Shown here: positions 55,001 through 64,000 of the stretch, one piece after another
How the letters are laid out: each line of letters begins with the position of its first letter
Position numbering within the stretch: the stretch's first letter is position 1
NCBI GenBank assembly: GCA_049305795.1
Contig: JBAQPM010000002.1
Span: forward strand, 20,316-84,315
Source of the DNA: Minisyncoccia bacterium
Lineage (GTDB): Bacteria; Patescibacteriota; Minisyncoccia; Phycocordibacterales; Phycocordibacteraceae
Length of the DNA: 64,000 nucleotides
Reading direction: 5' to 3'
Notes under the pieces: generated by a model
The model's input: the letters and a program-made list of their open reading frames with translations, nothing else
Database searches by the model: none
What the model was told of the DNA's origin: nothing
Program-made: the position numbers and the translations under genes

Positions 55001-56755
55001 ATGAAGTTGTTACCTCTTCTTGTTGAAAAGGGCATCGTTTCTGCGGATGATGCATCCGCAATAGAATCGGAGGTGCGTACTAATGCGCTCTCGCTTGAAG
55101 ACGCGCTCGAGAAGCGCGGCGTAAAAAGCGAAGAGGTGTTGCGAGTGTTAAGTGATCGCTACGGCATTCCAACAAGAGATCTTCCCAAAGAAAATCCCGT
55201 ATCCAACACGGTGCTGGGGTATATTCCAGAAGATTCCGCGCGACATTATGGCTTTGTGCCTCTGGGAGATGAAGGGGGCGTGCTTGAAGTGGGCATGGTT
55301 GACCCTGACAACATTGAAGCGTTAGATGCCCTTCAATTTATTTCGATTCGGGTCGGGATGCCCTACAAACTTTTCATCATCACCAAGGGTGATTTCGATA
55401 ATGTATTAAAACAATACGAAAACCTTACCGGCGAGGTCGGTGAAGCACTTACCGAATTTGAAGGCACGGCCGCTCTTGAAGAAGCCGAAATGAAAAAAGC
55501 TTCGGGGAAAAGTGGAGTATCGCCGTCGACCGATATAAAGGCGGATGCGCCGGTCACTAAAATAGTTGCAACGATTCTGCGGTATGCCGTTGAAGGGGGT
55601 GCCTCTGATATTCATATTGAACCAACGCCTGAAAAAACACGCGTTCGTTTTCGCATGGACGGGGAATTGCACACATCCCTCGAGCTTCCTGCAAAAGTAC
55701 ATCCAGCAGTTATTGCGCGCATAAAAATTCTTTCTCAGATGCGTCTTGATGAAAAGCGGAAACCCCAAGACGGGCGTTTCTCGGCAACGGTGGAAAACAG
55801 ACGCATCGATTTTCGTGTATCCACATTTCCAACTGAGTCTGGTGAAAAGGTGGTGATGCGTATTCTTGATCGTGCAAAATCAGCGGTCACGCTCGACACC
55901 ATTGGATTTTCTAAAGACGATCTTGCAACCGTACGCGAATTATTGCAGACGCCTTACGGCATCATTCTTATTTCCGGTCCGACTGGTTCGGGAAAGTCAA
56001 CAACGCTTTTTACGATGCTTTCGGAGCTTGATCGTGAAAAATACAATATCGTTTCCATTGAAGATCCGGTTGAATATGAAATTGCCGGCGTTGCACAGTC
56101 GCAGGTGCATCCAGAGATAGGTTACACCTTTGCTTCAGGACTTCGCTCCGTGCTCCGCCAGGACCCAGACATCATTATGGTGGGAGAAATTCGAGACAAA
56201 GAGACGGCGCAGCTTGCGGTGCAAGCTGCGCTCACGGGCCACTTGGTATTTTCAACCATTCACACCAACACCGCCGCGGGGGCTATTCCGCGCCTTGTTG
56301 ATATGGGTGTTGACCCGTATCTCATCGCGCCGACGCTGATTGCCTGTATCGGCCAGCGGCTGGTGCGTAAACTCTGTCCTGGTGCCGAAAAAGAAATCAC
56401 GGTCACTGAAAGTATTAAAGGACTTTTGGATAAGGAATTCTCTGATTTGCCTGCTGAAGCAAAGAAAAAAATACCACCCTTTACGCACCTCTATCGTCCG
56501 GCACCAACTCCCGATTGTCCAAACGGCACTCGCGGCCGTATTGGTGTTTTTGAGATCATGCGTATGAATCGAGACCTTGAACACGTCGTACTCACCTCAC
56601 CTGTTGAAGAGAAAGTGTATGACATGGCGCGCAGTCAGGGCATGTTTACCATGCGTGAAGATGCCATTTTGAAGGCTCTTGAAGGCAAAATTCCGTTTGA
56701 GGAAGTTAACACACTCGGGGGACAACTGTTTGCGGAAGAAGAGGAAGCACCTTAG
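55001..56755 (+). CDS. pilB: Type IV pilus assembly ATPase PilB (GspE family)
   Basis: N-terminal GSPII_E_N domain, Walker A GPTGSGKSTT, Asp and His boxes, tetracysteine-like CPGAE...C region. Confidence 0.9.
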   Translation: MKLLPLLVEKGIVSADDASAIESEVRTNALSLEDALEKRGVKSEEVLRVLSDRYGIPTRDLPKENPVSNTVLGYIPEDSARHYGFVPLGDEGGVLEVGMVDPDNIEALDALQFISIRVGMPYKLFIITKGDFDNVLKQYENLTGEVGEALTEFEGTAALEEAEMKKASGKSGVSPSTDIKADAPVTKIVATILRYAVEGGASDIHIEPTPEKTRVRFRMDGELHTSLELPAKVHPAVIARIKILSQMRLDEKRKPQDGRFSATVENRRIDFRVSTFPTESGEKVVMRILDRAKSAVTLDTIGFSKDDLATVRELLQTPYGIILISGPTGSGKSTTLFTMLSELDREKYNIVSIEDPVEYEIAGVAQSQVHPEIGYTFASGLRSVLRQDPDIIMVGEIRDKETAQLAVQAALTGHLVFSTIHTNTAAGAIPRLVDMGVDPYLIAPTLIACIGQRLVRKLCPGAEKEITVTESIKGLLDKEFSDLPAEAKKKIPPFTHLYRPAPTPDCPNGTRGRIGVFEIMRMNRDLEHVVLTSPVEEKVYDMARSQGMFTMREDAILKALEGKIPFEEVNTLGGQLFAEEEEAP

Positions 56756-56758
56756 CAT

Positions 56759-57151
56759 ATGAGTGTGGCTACCTATCGCATCTATCTAGTCGACGACGAT
56801 CACTTTTTACTCGACATGTATGCCGTGAAGTTTAAAGCGGCCGGACATGAGGTCATTGCCTGCAACGGCGGTGAAGAAGCTTTGAAAACACTGCGAGAGC
56901 AGGGAGCTCCAGACGCGCTCCTTCTTGATATTGTTATGCCGGGTCTCGATGGGTTTCAGGTGCTCGAGGCGATACGCAAAGAAAAGTTGGTTCCAGAAAC
57001 AACGAAAATTATTGTCCTTTCAAATCAGGGACAAGATGCAGATATTGAAAAGGCAAAAACGCTTGGTGCAGCTGGGTACATTATAAAAGCATCGGCTATT
57101 CCCTCGGAAGTTCTTGCGGAGACGATGACGCTTATTGAAAAGAAATCATGA
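56759..57151 (+). CDS. Response regulator receiver domain protein (CheY/PilH-like)
   Basis: DD acidic pocket (YLVDDDHF), phospho-acceptor D in LLLDIVMPGLDG, conserved K in GYIIKA. Confidence 0.8.
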   Translation: MSVATYRIYLVDDDHFLLDMYAVKFKAAGHEVIACNGGEEALKTLREQGAPDALLLDIVMPGLDGFQVLEAIRKEKLVPETTKIIVLSNQGQDADIEKAKTLGAAGYIIKASAIPSEVLAETMTLIEKKS

Positions 57152-58206
57152 CGCAAAACCGCATTGGACCACTCCTCGACATCGTCATTGCCGAAGGCGG
57201 CTCTGACCTCCACATCTCAACCGGCAGACACCCTATCATTCGAGTGTCGGGTTCTTTGGTGCCCCTCTTGCAACAGCCGGTCTTTACGGCAGCTGAAACC
57301 GAGGCATTGCTAAAATCAATCGTGCCACCTTCGCGGTGGGACACCTTTGTTACAAATCAGGCGATAGATTTTTCGCTCGCACACACTGATGGATCGCGTT
57401 TCCGCGTAAACGGATACACCGTGCAGGGCGCAACAGCAGTGGCCATGCGTCTTATTCCGAAAGTCGTGCGCACCTTTAAAGACTTGAATTTGCCGCCAAT
57501 TCTTGAGGTGTTCTCGCAGCGGCAGCAGGGATTCTTTATGGTAGTAGGTCCCGTGGGACAGGGAAAGTCCACCACACTTGCTGCCATTATTGACCGCATC
57601 AATGAGACCCGCGCCGAACACATCGTTACCATTGAGGACCCCATCGAGTATCTTTTTGACGAGAAAAAATCGATGATTCACCAGCGCGAGGTGCATATTG
57701 ATACGCCTGATTTTCATGCTGCACTGCAATCGGCTTTTCGTGAAGACGTAAACGTCATCATGGTGGGCGAGATGCGCGATCAAGAGACTATTTCTTCAGC
57801 GGTAACTGCCGCGGAAACCGGCCACCTCGTTCTTTCAACACTCCACACCAACAATGCGGCACAAACCATCGACCGTATTATCGACATGTTCCCGCCAAAC
57901 CAGCAAGGACAGGTGCGTGTCCAGCTTGCAGGATCATTGGTTGGTATTTTCTCTCAGCGCCTTGTGCCGCGTATTGCCGGCGGACTCATCCCTGCCTATG
58001 AGCTTCTTATTAACAACAGCGCTATCGCAAACCTTATTCGTGAGGGCCGCACGCACGAAATTTCAACCGTGGTTCAAACTTCTTCCCAGGAGGGTATGAT
58101 AGATATGGACCGCTCGCTTGCGGAACTAGTTCGTCGCGGGGAAATCACCGTCGAACATGCCTATGAGCGCGCGATAGATCCAAAAACGTTCGAACGCTAC
58201 CTATAA
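57148..58206 (+). CDS. pilT: Twitching motility ATPase PilT
   Basis: GSDLHISTG, Walker A VGPVGQGKSTT, AIRE-like FREDVNVIMVGEMRD, GHLVLSTLHTN. Confidence 0.9.
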   Translation: MTQNRIGPLLDIVIAEGGSDLHISTGRHPIIRVSGSLVPLLQQPVFTAAETEALLKSIVPPSRWDTFVTNQAIDFSLAHTDGSRFRVNGYTVQGATAVAMRLIPKVVRTFKDLNLPPILEVFSQRQQGFFMVVGPVGQGKSTTLAAIIDRINETRAEHIVTIEDPIEYLFDEKKSMIHQREVHIDTPDFHAALQSAFREDVNVIMVGEMRDQETISSAVTAAETGHLVLSTLHTNNAAQTIDRIIDMFPPNQQGQVRVQLAGSLVGIFSQRLVPRIAGGLIPAYELLINNSAIANLIREGRTHEISTVVQTSSQEGMIDMDRSLAELVRRGEITVEHAYERAIDPKTFERYL

Positions 58207-58209
58207 TTT

Positions 58210-59415
58210 ATGCTTTTCTACTACCGCGCACTTGATCCAGAAGGACACGAACGAGAGGGAACCGTCGAGGCACTTTCCATGGACGTTGCCGTTACAACGC
58301 TGCAACGCCGCAGTCTGATTGTTTCTTCTATCACTCCCGCAGATACGAAAAAACCGCTTGAAATCCACCTGCCATTTATCAAGCCCGTTTCAAACAAAGA
58401 AGTAGTTATTCTCTCGAGACAGATTGCAACTTTGTTTGAAGCTCAGGTTTCAGCGCTCCGCATTTTCAGACTCCTTGCCTCGGAAGTAGACAATAAAAAT
58501 CTTTCAGACGTGTTGACCCAGGTAGCGGACGATCTCCAGGGAGGAAGTCCCATCTCAAAGGCACTCAGCCGCCATCCAAAAGTATTTAGTACCTTTTACG
58601 TAAATATGGTGCGTTCTGGTGAAGAGGCTGGAAAACTTTCTGATACTTTTGGATATCTAGCCGACTACCTCGACCGAACCTATGAAGTAATGAGCAAGGC
58701 GCAAAACGCACTCATCTATCCTGCTTTTGTCATCTTCACGTTTATCGTGGTGATGGCCCTCATGCTCACGCTTGTTATTCCAAGTATCAGCAAGATTATT
58801 CTTGATTCTGGGCAAGAGATTCCGGTATACACACAGATTGTCATCGGACTTTCAAACTTCTTGGTTAACTACGGCATTATCATCCTTCTCGCACTTATTG
58901 TGGGTGGCGTGTTCGCATGGCGTTCGCTGCAAACGGCACATGGCAAGCTCTTTTTCGACAATCTAAAACTTAACGTGCCATACCTCGGTGATCTCTACAA
59001 AAAACTGTACCTCTCGCGCATCTCCGACAACTTCGCAACGATGCTGGTGTCTGGCGTGCCAGTTGTAGAAGCAGTTGATATCACTGCTTCGGTGGTGGGA
59101 AGTGCCACGTACGAACAGATTTTGAAAGACACTAGTAATGATGTGCGTGGAGGGCTTTCCATCTCGGAGGCGCTTGGCAAACACCAGGAGGTGCCGGGCA
59201 TCATGATAGCTATGATTCGTGTGGGTGAGGAAACCGGAGAATTGGGAAACATTCTTGCCACGCTTGCAAAATTCTATCGCCGGGAGGTTTCCACAGCCGT
59301 CGACACCCTTGTTGATCTTATCGAGCCGCTTATGATCGTGATGCTTGGTCTTGGTGTGGGAACGCTCCTTGCCTCCGTTCTCATTCCGATCTACAACCTC
59401 GCCAGTTCCATTTAG
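58210..59415 (+). CDS. pilC: Type IV pilus inner-membrane platform protein PilC (GspF family)
   Basis: Two T2SSF repeats with three TM segments; 401 aa. Confidence 0.9.
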   Translation: MLFYYRALDPEGHEREGTVEALSMDVAVTTLQRRSLIVSSITPADTKKPLEIHLPFIKPVSNKEVVILSRQIATLFEAQVSALRIFRLLASEVDNKNLSDVLTQVADDLQGGSPISKALSRHPKVFSTFYVNMVRSGEEAGKLSDTFGYLADYLDRTYEVMSKAQNALIYPAFVIFTFIVVMALMLTLVIPSISKIILDSGQEIPVYTQIVIGLSNFLVNYGIIILLALIVGGVFAWRSLQTAHGKLFFDNLKLNVPYLGDLYKKLYLSRISDNFATMLVSGVPVVEAVDITASVVGSATYEQILKDTSNDVRGGLSISEALGKHQEVPGIMIAMIRVGEETGELGNILATLAKFYRREVSTAVDTLVDLIEPLMIVMLGLGVGTLLASVLIPIYNLASSI

Positions 59416-59509
59416 GTTCGTTTATCCACAGACAGGTCTTTTGCAAGAGGGAAGTCGCGTACACTGAAGCTTGTAAACGATTGTAATTTTCTATCTATAC
59501 TCGAAATCT

Positions 59510-60052
59510 ATGAATTCCGCTTATGTAAAAAAAGTTCGACGTGGTTTCACCCTCATCGAACTCCTCGTGGTTATCGCAATTATCGGTCTTCTTTCTGCCG
59601 TGGTGCTTGCTTCGCTCTCTAGTGCACGCTTAAAAGGTAAAGATGCTTCTATACGGTCAAATCTTCTTACCGTACAGAATCAAGCTGCACTGTATTGGGA
59701 AAATAACAGTAATTACGGTACAGCTTATGCGAACGCGGCAGGTTCTCCGGGAACGTGTCCCACTACCGCAGCTGCTGGTTATGTGTTTAGGTCAGATGCG
59801 AATACGCTCTCCGCAATCATGTCATCGTACGGACTTTCTCCACAAGCGACTCATCCAGAATATGAGAACTGTGTTGGTAAAGTGCCTACCGACAAAAACT
59901 CCTACGCAATTGCAGTAAGACTTAACAACCCAAGTGACACTTGGTATTGTGTTGATAGTCAAGGAGCAAGGAAAGTTTTGACGGGGTATGCAGATTACTT
60001 AAACCTCAGAACAGCCTTTGGGTCTGGAAGTAGTCCCGCCAAGTGTCCGTAA
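59510..60052 (+). CDS. Type IV pilin (major pilin candidate 1)
   Basis: Prepilin signal ...RRG|FTLIELLVVIAIIGLLSAVVLASL; C-terminal Cys pair. Confidence 0.8.
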   Translation: MNSAYVKKVRRGFTLIELLVVIAIIGLLSAVVLASLSSARLKGKDASIRSNLLTVQNQAALYWENNSNYGTAYANAAGSPGTCPTTAAAGYVFRSDANTLSAIMSSYGLSPQATHPEYENCVGKVPTDKNSYAIAVRLNNPSDTWYCVDSQGARKVLTGYADYLNLRTAFGSGSSPAKCP

Positions 60053-60152
60053 GGTCTTTATCCACACGCATTCCTTTATCGTTGCAGTAGTCGCGTACAA
60101 TAGAAGGAACGGAGTTTATCCGTGAATAAAGCTTTATTTACAACATCACATT

Positions 60153-60623
60153 ATGACTCGCGAATCTTCACACATCACTAAGGGTCACGTCCGTACGGGT
60201 CACCGCAAAGGTTTCACCCTCATCGAACTCCTCGTCGTGATTGCAATTATCGGTATTCTCTCATCGGTCGTTCTTGCTTCTCTTTCAACAGCACGTTCAA
60301 AGGGTGCTGATGCAAAGGTGCAGGAGCAGCTTTCAAGCGCTCGCGCTGCGGCGGAAATCTACTACAGCTCGAACAACAGCTATGGCACTGCTGGAACCTC
60401 GTGTACGGCTAACATGTTTGCCGACACAACATCAGGCATGGCTACTCTTTCGGCAGCAGCTAGCTACCCTGGTAGCGTTGCGCCAACCTGTGTGTCCACG
60501 GGTTCTGCATGGGCTATGGACCACATCTTGAGCGACAGCACGCACTTCTGTGTTGACAGTTCGGGTGCCGCAAAGAACGTTGGTGCTTCTGTCACCATTG
60601 CTTCTGGAGACGCTGGTTGTTAA
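60153..60623 (+). CDS. Type IV pilin (paralogue 2) with long 20-aa leader
   Basis: ...HRKG|FTLIELLVVIAIIGILSSVVLASL; followed by terminator CCCCAGCCTTGTGCTGGGG plus T-run. Confidence 0.8.
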   Translation: MTRESSHITKGHVRTGHRKGFTLIELLVVIAIIGILSSVVLASLSTARSKGADAKVQEQLSSARAAAEIYYSSNNSYGTAGTSCTANMFADTTSGMATLSAAASYPGSVAPTCVSTGSAWAMDHILSDSTHFCVDSSGAAKNVGASVTIASGDAGC

Positions 60624-60677
60624 AAATCTTTGTTTTTCAAAAATCCCCAGCCTTGTGCTGGGGATTTTTGTTTTTGG

Positions 60678-60753
60678 GTACACCCAGCACTAACTTCTAA
60701 CGAAGGAGATATCCTTTCATGTTGTTTTGCATAAAACTTAGTGCTGGGTACAC
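60678..60753 (+). promoter_or_regulatory. 16-bp perfect inverted repeat GTACACCCAGCACTAA ... TTAGTGCTGGGTACAC (44-nt spacer) spanning the RBS and start codon of the third pilin
   Basis: Arms verified; right arm covers the ATG at 60741. Confidence 0.35.
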
Positions 60754-61262
60754 TGGAGCATATGAATACTCATCCAATGTTCGGAAGCGGTCCGCGCCAT
60801 TCTTATGGCGCGGGTTTCACCCTCATCGAACTCCTCGTCGTGATTGCAATTATTGGTGTACTCGCTACCACCGTGCTCGCTTCTATGAGTGGAGCAAAAC
60901 GAACAGGGAACGACGCGGCGGTGAAAGCCAATCTTGCAACAGCGCAAACGCAAGGGTCGCTGTATTACAGCATCGCAAACACGTATGGTGCGTCAAATCC
61001 AATGGGCTCTGGAAGTTGCACAAAAGACGGGACGCTTTTTACCGATTCGACCACGGTTGTTGACGATGTCGTGCAGCATGCCATCACGGACGCAACGAAA
61101 AATGCTATCGATAACGATGTTAAATGTAAATCAAGTGCGACGGCGTTTCTCATTGCCGGAAAGCTTACTGACGGGGCCTATTGGTGTGTTGACTCTCATG
61201 GTGCTGCAGTGTCGGTTGCAGGCGGAACGAACCTCTCGAGTCTGACGTATTGTCCCCAATAG
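60741..61262 (+). CDS. Type IV pilin (paralogue 3)
   Basis: ...YGAG|FTLIELLVVIAIIGVLATTVLAS; alternative ATG at 60762. Confidence 0.75.
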   Translation: MLGTLEHMNTHPMFGSGPRHSYGAGFTLIELLVVIAIIGVLATTVLASMSGAKRTGNDAAVKANLATAQTQGSLYYSIANTYGASNPMGSGSCTKDGTLFTDSTTVVDDVVQHAITDATKNAIDNDVKCKSSATAFLIAGKLTDGAYWCVDSHGAAVSVAGGTNLSSLTYCPQ

Positions 61263-61263
61263 T

Positions 61264-62022
61264 GTGAATCTTATTTTCAGCATATTCTTTGGCGCACTCG
61301 GAGCTATTCTCGGCAGTTTTTCCGGCGTGATCGCCGAGCGGATGCACACGGGCGAAAAATGGGCGAATGATCGTTCCCGCTGCAATTCATGCAGCCGCAC
61401 GCTTCGTGCAGCTGACCTTGTTCCCGTTCTTTCATGGCTTTTCTCGAAAGGTAGATGCCGCGAATGTAAGTCAAAAATCCCAGCACGCTATCTTGCCTTT
61501 GAAATTTTTCTTGCAATTGCTTTTGTTTTTTCCTACCAGATGTTCGGGCTCTCCCTGTCACTTTTCGTGTTTCTAAGTGCTCTGGTAACACTTGCCGTCA
61601 TCGTGTGGTATGACCTGCTCCACATGATTGTTCCGAGCCTCTTTTCTCTACTGTTTGTTGGTTTTTCTCTACTCTTTGCTTCGTTGCGCTTTTCCGACAC
61701 GGCAACGCTTGGCATGGTGTTTATGCAAGCCGCAGGAATTGCCTTCGTTATATTTCTCTTCTATGCGCTTTCAGGTGGTCGCGCTATGGGGCTTGGAGAC
61801 ACGCCTGTTGCTCTTGGTCTCGCTCTTCTTGCAGGAGGGAATGCGATTTCGGGCCTGGTGTTTTCTTTCTGGATAGGCGCAGTTATCGGCATCTTCATAT
61901 TGTTCGCACACCGAAAGGGAACTAGAATGGGGATAGAGGTTCCGTTTGTGCCTTTTTTGGCAAGCGGTTTCCTCCTTGCAATTTTCACCGGATGGAACGT
62001 ATCTTCTCTTATCGCTTTTTAA
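61264..62022 (+). CDS. pilD: Prepilin peptidase (A24 family) PilD
   Basis: N-terminal CNSC...CREC zinc motif, eight TM segments, catalytic GLGD region. Confidence 0.9.
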   Translation: MNLIFSIFFGALGAILGSFSGVIAERMHTGEKWANDRSRCNSCSRTLRAADLVPVLSWLFSKGRCRECKSKIPARYLAFEIFLAIAFVFSYQMFGLSLSLFVFLSALVTLAVIVWYDLLHMIVPSLFSLLFVGFSLLFASLRFSDTATLGMVFMQAAGIAFVIFLFYALSGGRAMGLGDTPVALGLALLAGGNAISGLVFSFWIGAVIGIFILFAHRKGTRMGIEVPFVPFLASGFLLAIFTGWNVSSLIAF

Positions 62023-62687
62023 AGGCCGCACACCCAGTTGCGGGTTCGTCTCGTGGCTATACATTGATCGAAATGCTGATCGTGCTTGCAATCATCATTA
62101 TCATTGCGGCCATAGCTATCGGAGGACAGTCAAATTTTAACCGTACGCTCTCGCTCAATAATGCAGCGTTTGATATTGCTCTTTCAATACGCCAGGCACA
62201 ATCATTCGGACTTTCAAGCCGTTCGGCAAGCGGCGTTTCAAATGCGGGATACGGTCTTCATTTTAATAGGACAGAAGAATCCTCTTATATCTTTTTTGCT
62301 GACACGAAACCTTCTGCTTCAAGCGACGCTACTCCGGATACAAAACCTGGCAATGGCATCTACTACACAGGAGGCACGGCGACTAGTATGGATACTCTTG
62401 TTGCAACGTACACGCTCAACAATGGTTTCACCATAAGTGGTTTTTGTGCGTACGACGCCTCGGCAAATGTGTGGGATTGCACTTCTGACACTGACCCCCT
62501 TCGATTTCTTGATATCGTCTTTACTCGTCCAAACTCGGATGTTCGTGTACACGGTAGAACAAATTCAGGTACCGGATACCTTTCCTATGTAAAGGCATGT
62601 ATCACCGTGGCTGGTCCTACTGGTGAAACCCGGTCAGTGAGTGTGTCGGATACGGGACAAGTCTCAACCGTTTCGACCTGCCCATGA
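61992..62687 (+). CDS. Minor pilin / pseudopilin
   Basis: ...SSRG|YTLIEMLIVLAIIIIIAAIAIG class III signal; overlaps pilD by 31 nt. Confidence 0.6.
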   Translation: MERIFSYRFLKAAHPVAGSSRGYTLIEMLIVLAIIIIIAAIAIGGQSNFNRTLSLNNAAFDIALSIRQAQSFGLSSRSASGVSNAGYGLHFNRTEESSYIFFADTKPSASSDATPDTKPGNGIYYTGGTATSMDTLVATYTLNNGFTISGFCAYDASANVWDCTSDTDPLRFLDIVFTRPNSDVRVHGRTNSGTGYLSYVKACITVAGPTGETRSVSVSDTGQVSTVSTCP

Positions 62688-63328
62688 TTTATACTGATTC
62701 ACAGGGTATGCGACTTTCAAATTTTAAAACCGCTTCGTCCGCAAAAAGAGGATATACGCTCATTGAACTCATCGTTTCAGTCGCATTGTTCAGCGTTGTG
62801 ATGCTTACGGCGACTGCTGCCTATCTCTCATTCATTGCCTACAACAGACGTGCGAATGCCGACTCATCAATTATGACAGCGCTCTCTTTTGCTGCGGACA
62901 GCATGGCAAGAGACGTGCGAACTGCCGTCGCGGGAACAGGAGGGATACTATATTGCGATAATGCCGGCGGTTCGAGTTGCAACTCAAATATAAATGGATC
63001 AACTGGTCTCTATTTTACGGGCGTAGAAAATAATTGTGAAACCGCGTATCTCTATACTTCGGGGAAGCTCTCGAAAGCTGGAGGGACTGACGGGGGAACC
63101 GGCTGCTTCGGTATGGCTGATATTCGGGAATTTATTGGTCCAAATGTAACGCCGGGCATTACTCTTTCTCGTGTTCGTTTTTACATAACCGGCCAAGGCT
63201 CCGCCTCGGATAATAGGCAGCCGTTCGTCAATATTGTTATCAAAGGAACGACTTCTGTGCCTGACAGCAGCGAGGTTATTCCATTTTCCATGCAGACCTC
63301 TGCGGCGGCCCGCATCCCTGATTTATGA
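62684..63328 (+). CDS. Minor pilin / pseudopilin
   Basis: ...AKRG|YTLIELIVSVALFSVVMLTATAAYL. Confidence 0.65.
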   Translation: MIYTDSQGMRLSNFKTASSAKRGYTLIELIVSVALFSVVMLTATAAYLSFIAYNRRANADSSIMTALSFAADSMARDVRTAVAGTGGILYCDNAGGSSCNSNINGSTGLYFTGVENNCETAYLYTSGKLSKAGGTDGGTGCFGMADIREFIGPNVTPGITLSRVRFYITGQGSASDNRQPFVNIVIKGTTSVPDSSEVIPFSMQTSAAARIPDL

Positions 63329-63870
63329 TAATTGCATCTTCTAAAAATAAAAAAGGATTTACCCTCATTGAGACACTCGTGGCTATCACGATAGTGACTC
63401 TTGCCGTCATTGCGCCATTTGAGGCAATACAACGAATTATTATCGCCTCAAATATTTCGCGGGAGCAATTTATCGCCTCTTTTCTTGCGCAAGAGGGGGC
63501 TGAGTATGTTCGTTTTGTTCGCTACAATAACTACCTCGCGCATCGAAATGAAAGTAACTACGCAGATCATATCCTCGACGGTCTTGAAAACTGCATTTCT
63601 CCGAATACATGCACCGTTGATGCCTCCTTCAATGCTCCTTTGCCGACCGTGGAATGTAGTGCGAGCTCCTCGTGTGTACCTCTTCAATATAACGCCAACA
63701 CCGGTGTGTATTCACAACAAACTGGTGCGGGGAATGCGTCGAGTATGTACACCCGAAGCGTGCAGATAGAGGATCATGGGGATTATCAGACCGTTACCGT
63801 TACCGTATCGTGGAATGATCACGGAGCACATGATATGCAAATTTCAGAAGATACCTATGACTGGCTATAG
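63325..63870 (+). CDS. Minor pilin / pseudopilin
   Basis: ...NKKG|FTLIETLVAITIVTLAVIAPF. Confidence 0.65.
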   Translation: MIIASSKNKKGFTLIETLVAITIVTLAVIAPFEAIQRIIIASNISREQFIASFLAQEGAEYVRFVRYNNYLAHRNESNYADHILDGLENCISPNTCTVDASFNAPLPTVECSASSSCVPLQYNANTGVYSQQTGAGNASSMYTRSVQIEDHGDYQTVTVTVSWNDHGAHDMQISEDTYDWL

Positions 63871-64000
63871 CTCCAAACGCGGATTCACCCTTTTAATCGC
63901 CCTCGTGCTTTCGACGGTTGCGGTTAGCATAACGCTTGCGCTCACCACGCTTGCGTACAAAGGACTCATTCTTTCCTCCGGTTCGCAACAATCACAGCAG
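63857..64000 (+). CDS. Minor pilin (5' partial, runs off window end)
   Basis: ATG at 63857: MTGYSSKRG|FTLLIALVLSTVAVSITLALTTLAYKG; not in the ORF track because truncated. Confidence 0.5.
   Translation, partial: MTGYSSKRGFTLLIALVLSTVAVSITLALTTLAYKGLILSSGSQQSQQ

Overview
This 64-kb window comes from a small, gene-dense bacterial genome with the hallmarks of the Candidate Phyla Radiation (Patescibacteria). The ribosomal superoperon lacks L30, many genes overlap by 4 nt, a large type IV pilus locus is present, and metabolism looks sparse. Identifications rest on recognisable conserved motifs in the translated ORFs and on structures read directly from the sequence. No searches were run.

- 1 to 19.1 kb: the str/S10/spc ribosomal cluster (rpsG, fusA, tuf, rpsJ-rplC-rplD-rplW-rplB, rpsS through rplO, secY, adk, map). 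It is interrupted between rplB and rpsS by an antisense insertion of purC plus a DUF3298-like membrane protein. The intergenic spacers rpsG-fusA and fusA-tuf are unusually structured.
- 19 to 24.7 kb: an extended ndk, a beta-CASP metallo-beta-lactamase RNase, infC-rpmI-rplT, a CofE-like gamma-glutamyl ligase and a DUF4406-like protein.
- About 25 to 32.7 kb: a visibly more AT-rich integrative island. Its right end is a large serine recombinase whose ORF reads into the 3' end of tmRNA (ssrA, minus strand), followed by smpB. Cargo includes a 620-aa protein and a 183-aa protein that each carry a HEPN-like R-x4-H motif. It also has an XRE repressor with a perfect palindromic operator, two small membrane proteins and a winged-helix replication-initiator-like protein. 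This is the best candidate for an undescribed toxin or defence module.
- 33 to 47.5 kb: ftsH, a tRNA with anticodon UAU, recG, a small malic enzyme, NUDIX, a DUF2975 plus XRE pair and a MacAB-like efflux operon.
- 48 to 64 kb: a 692-aa secreted discoidin/SGNH-hydrolase/cadherin-like protein, tRNA-Ser(GCU), a cupredoxin-like protein, comF and a complete type IV pilus locus. The pilus locus has pilM, N, O, pilB, a receiver protein, pilT, pilC, three tandem pilins, pilD and at least four minor pilins.

No rRNA genes or CRISPR arrays were seen.
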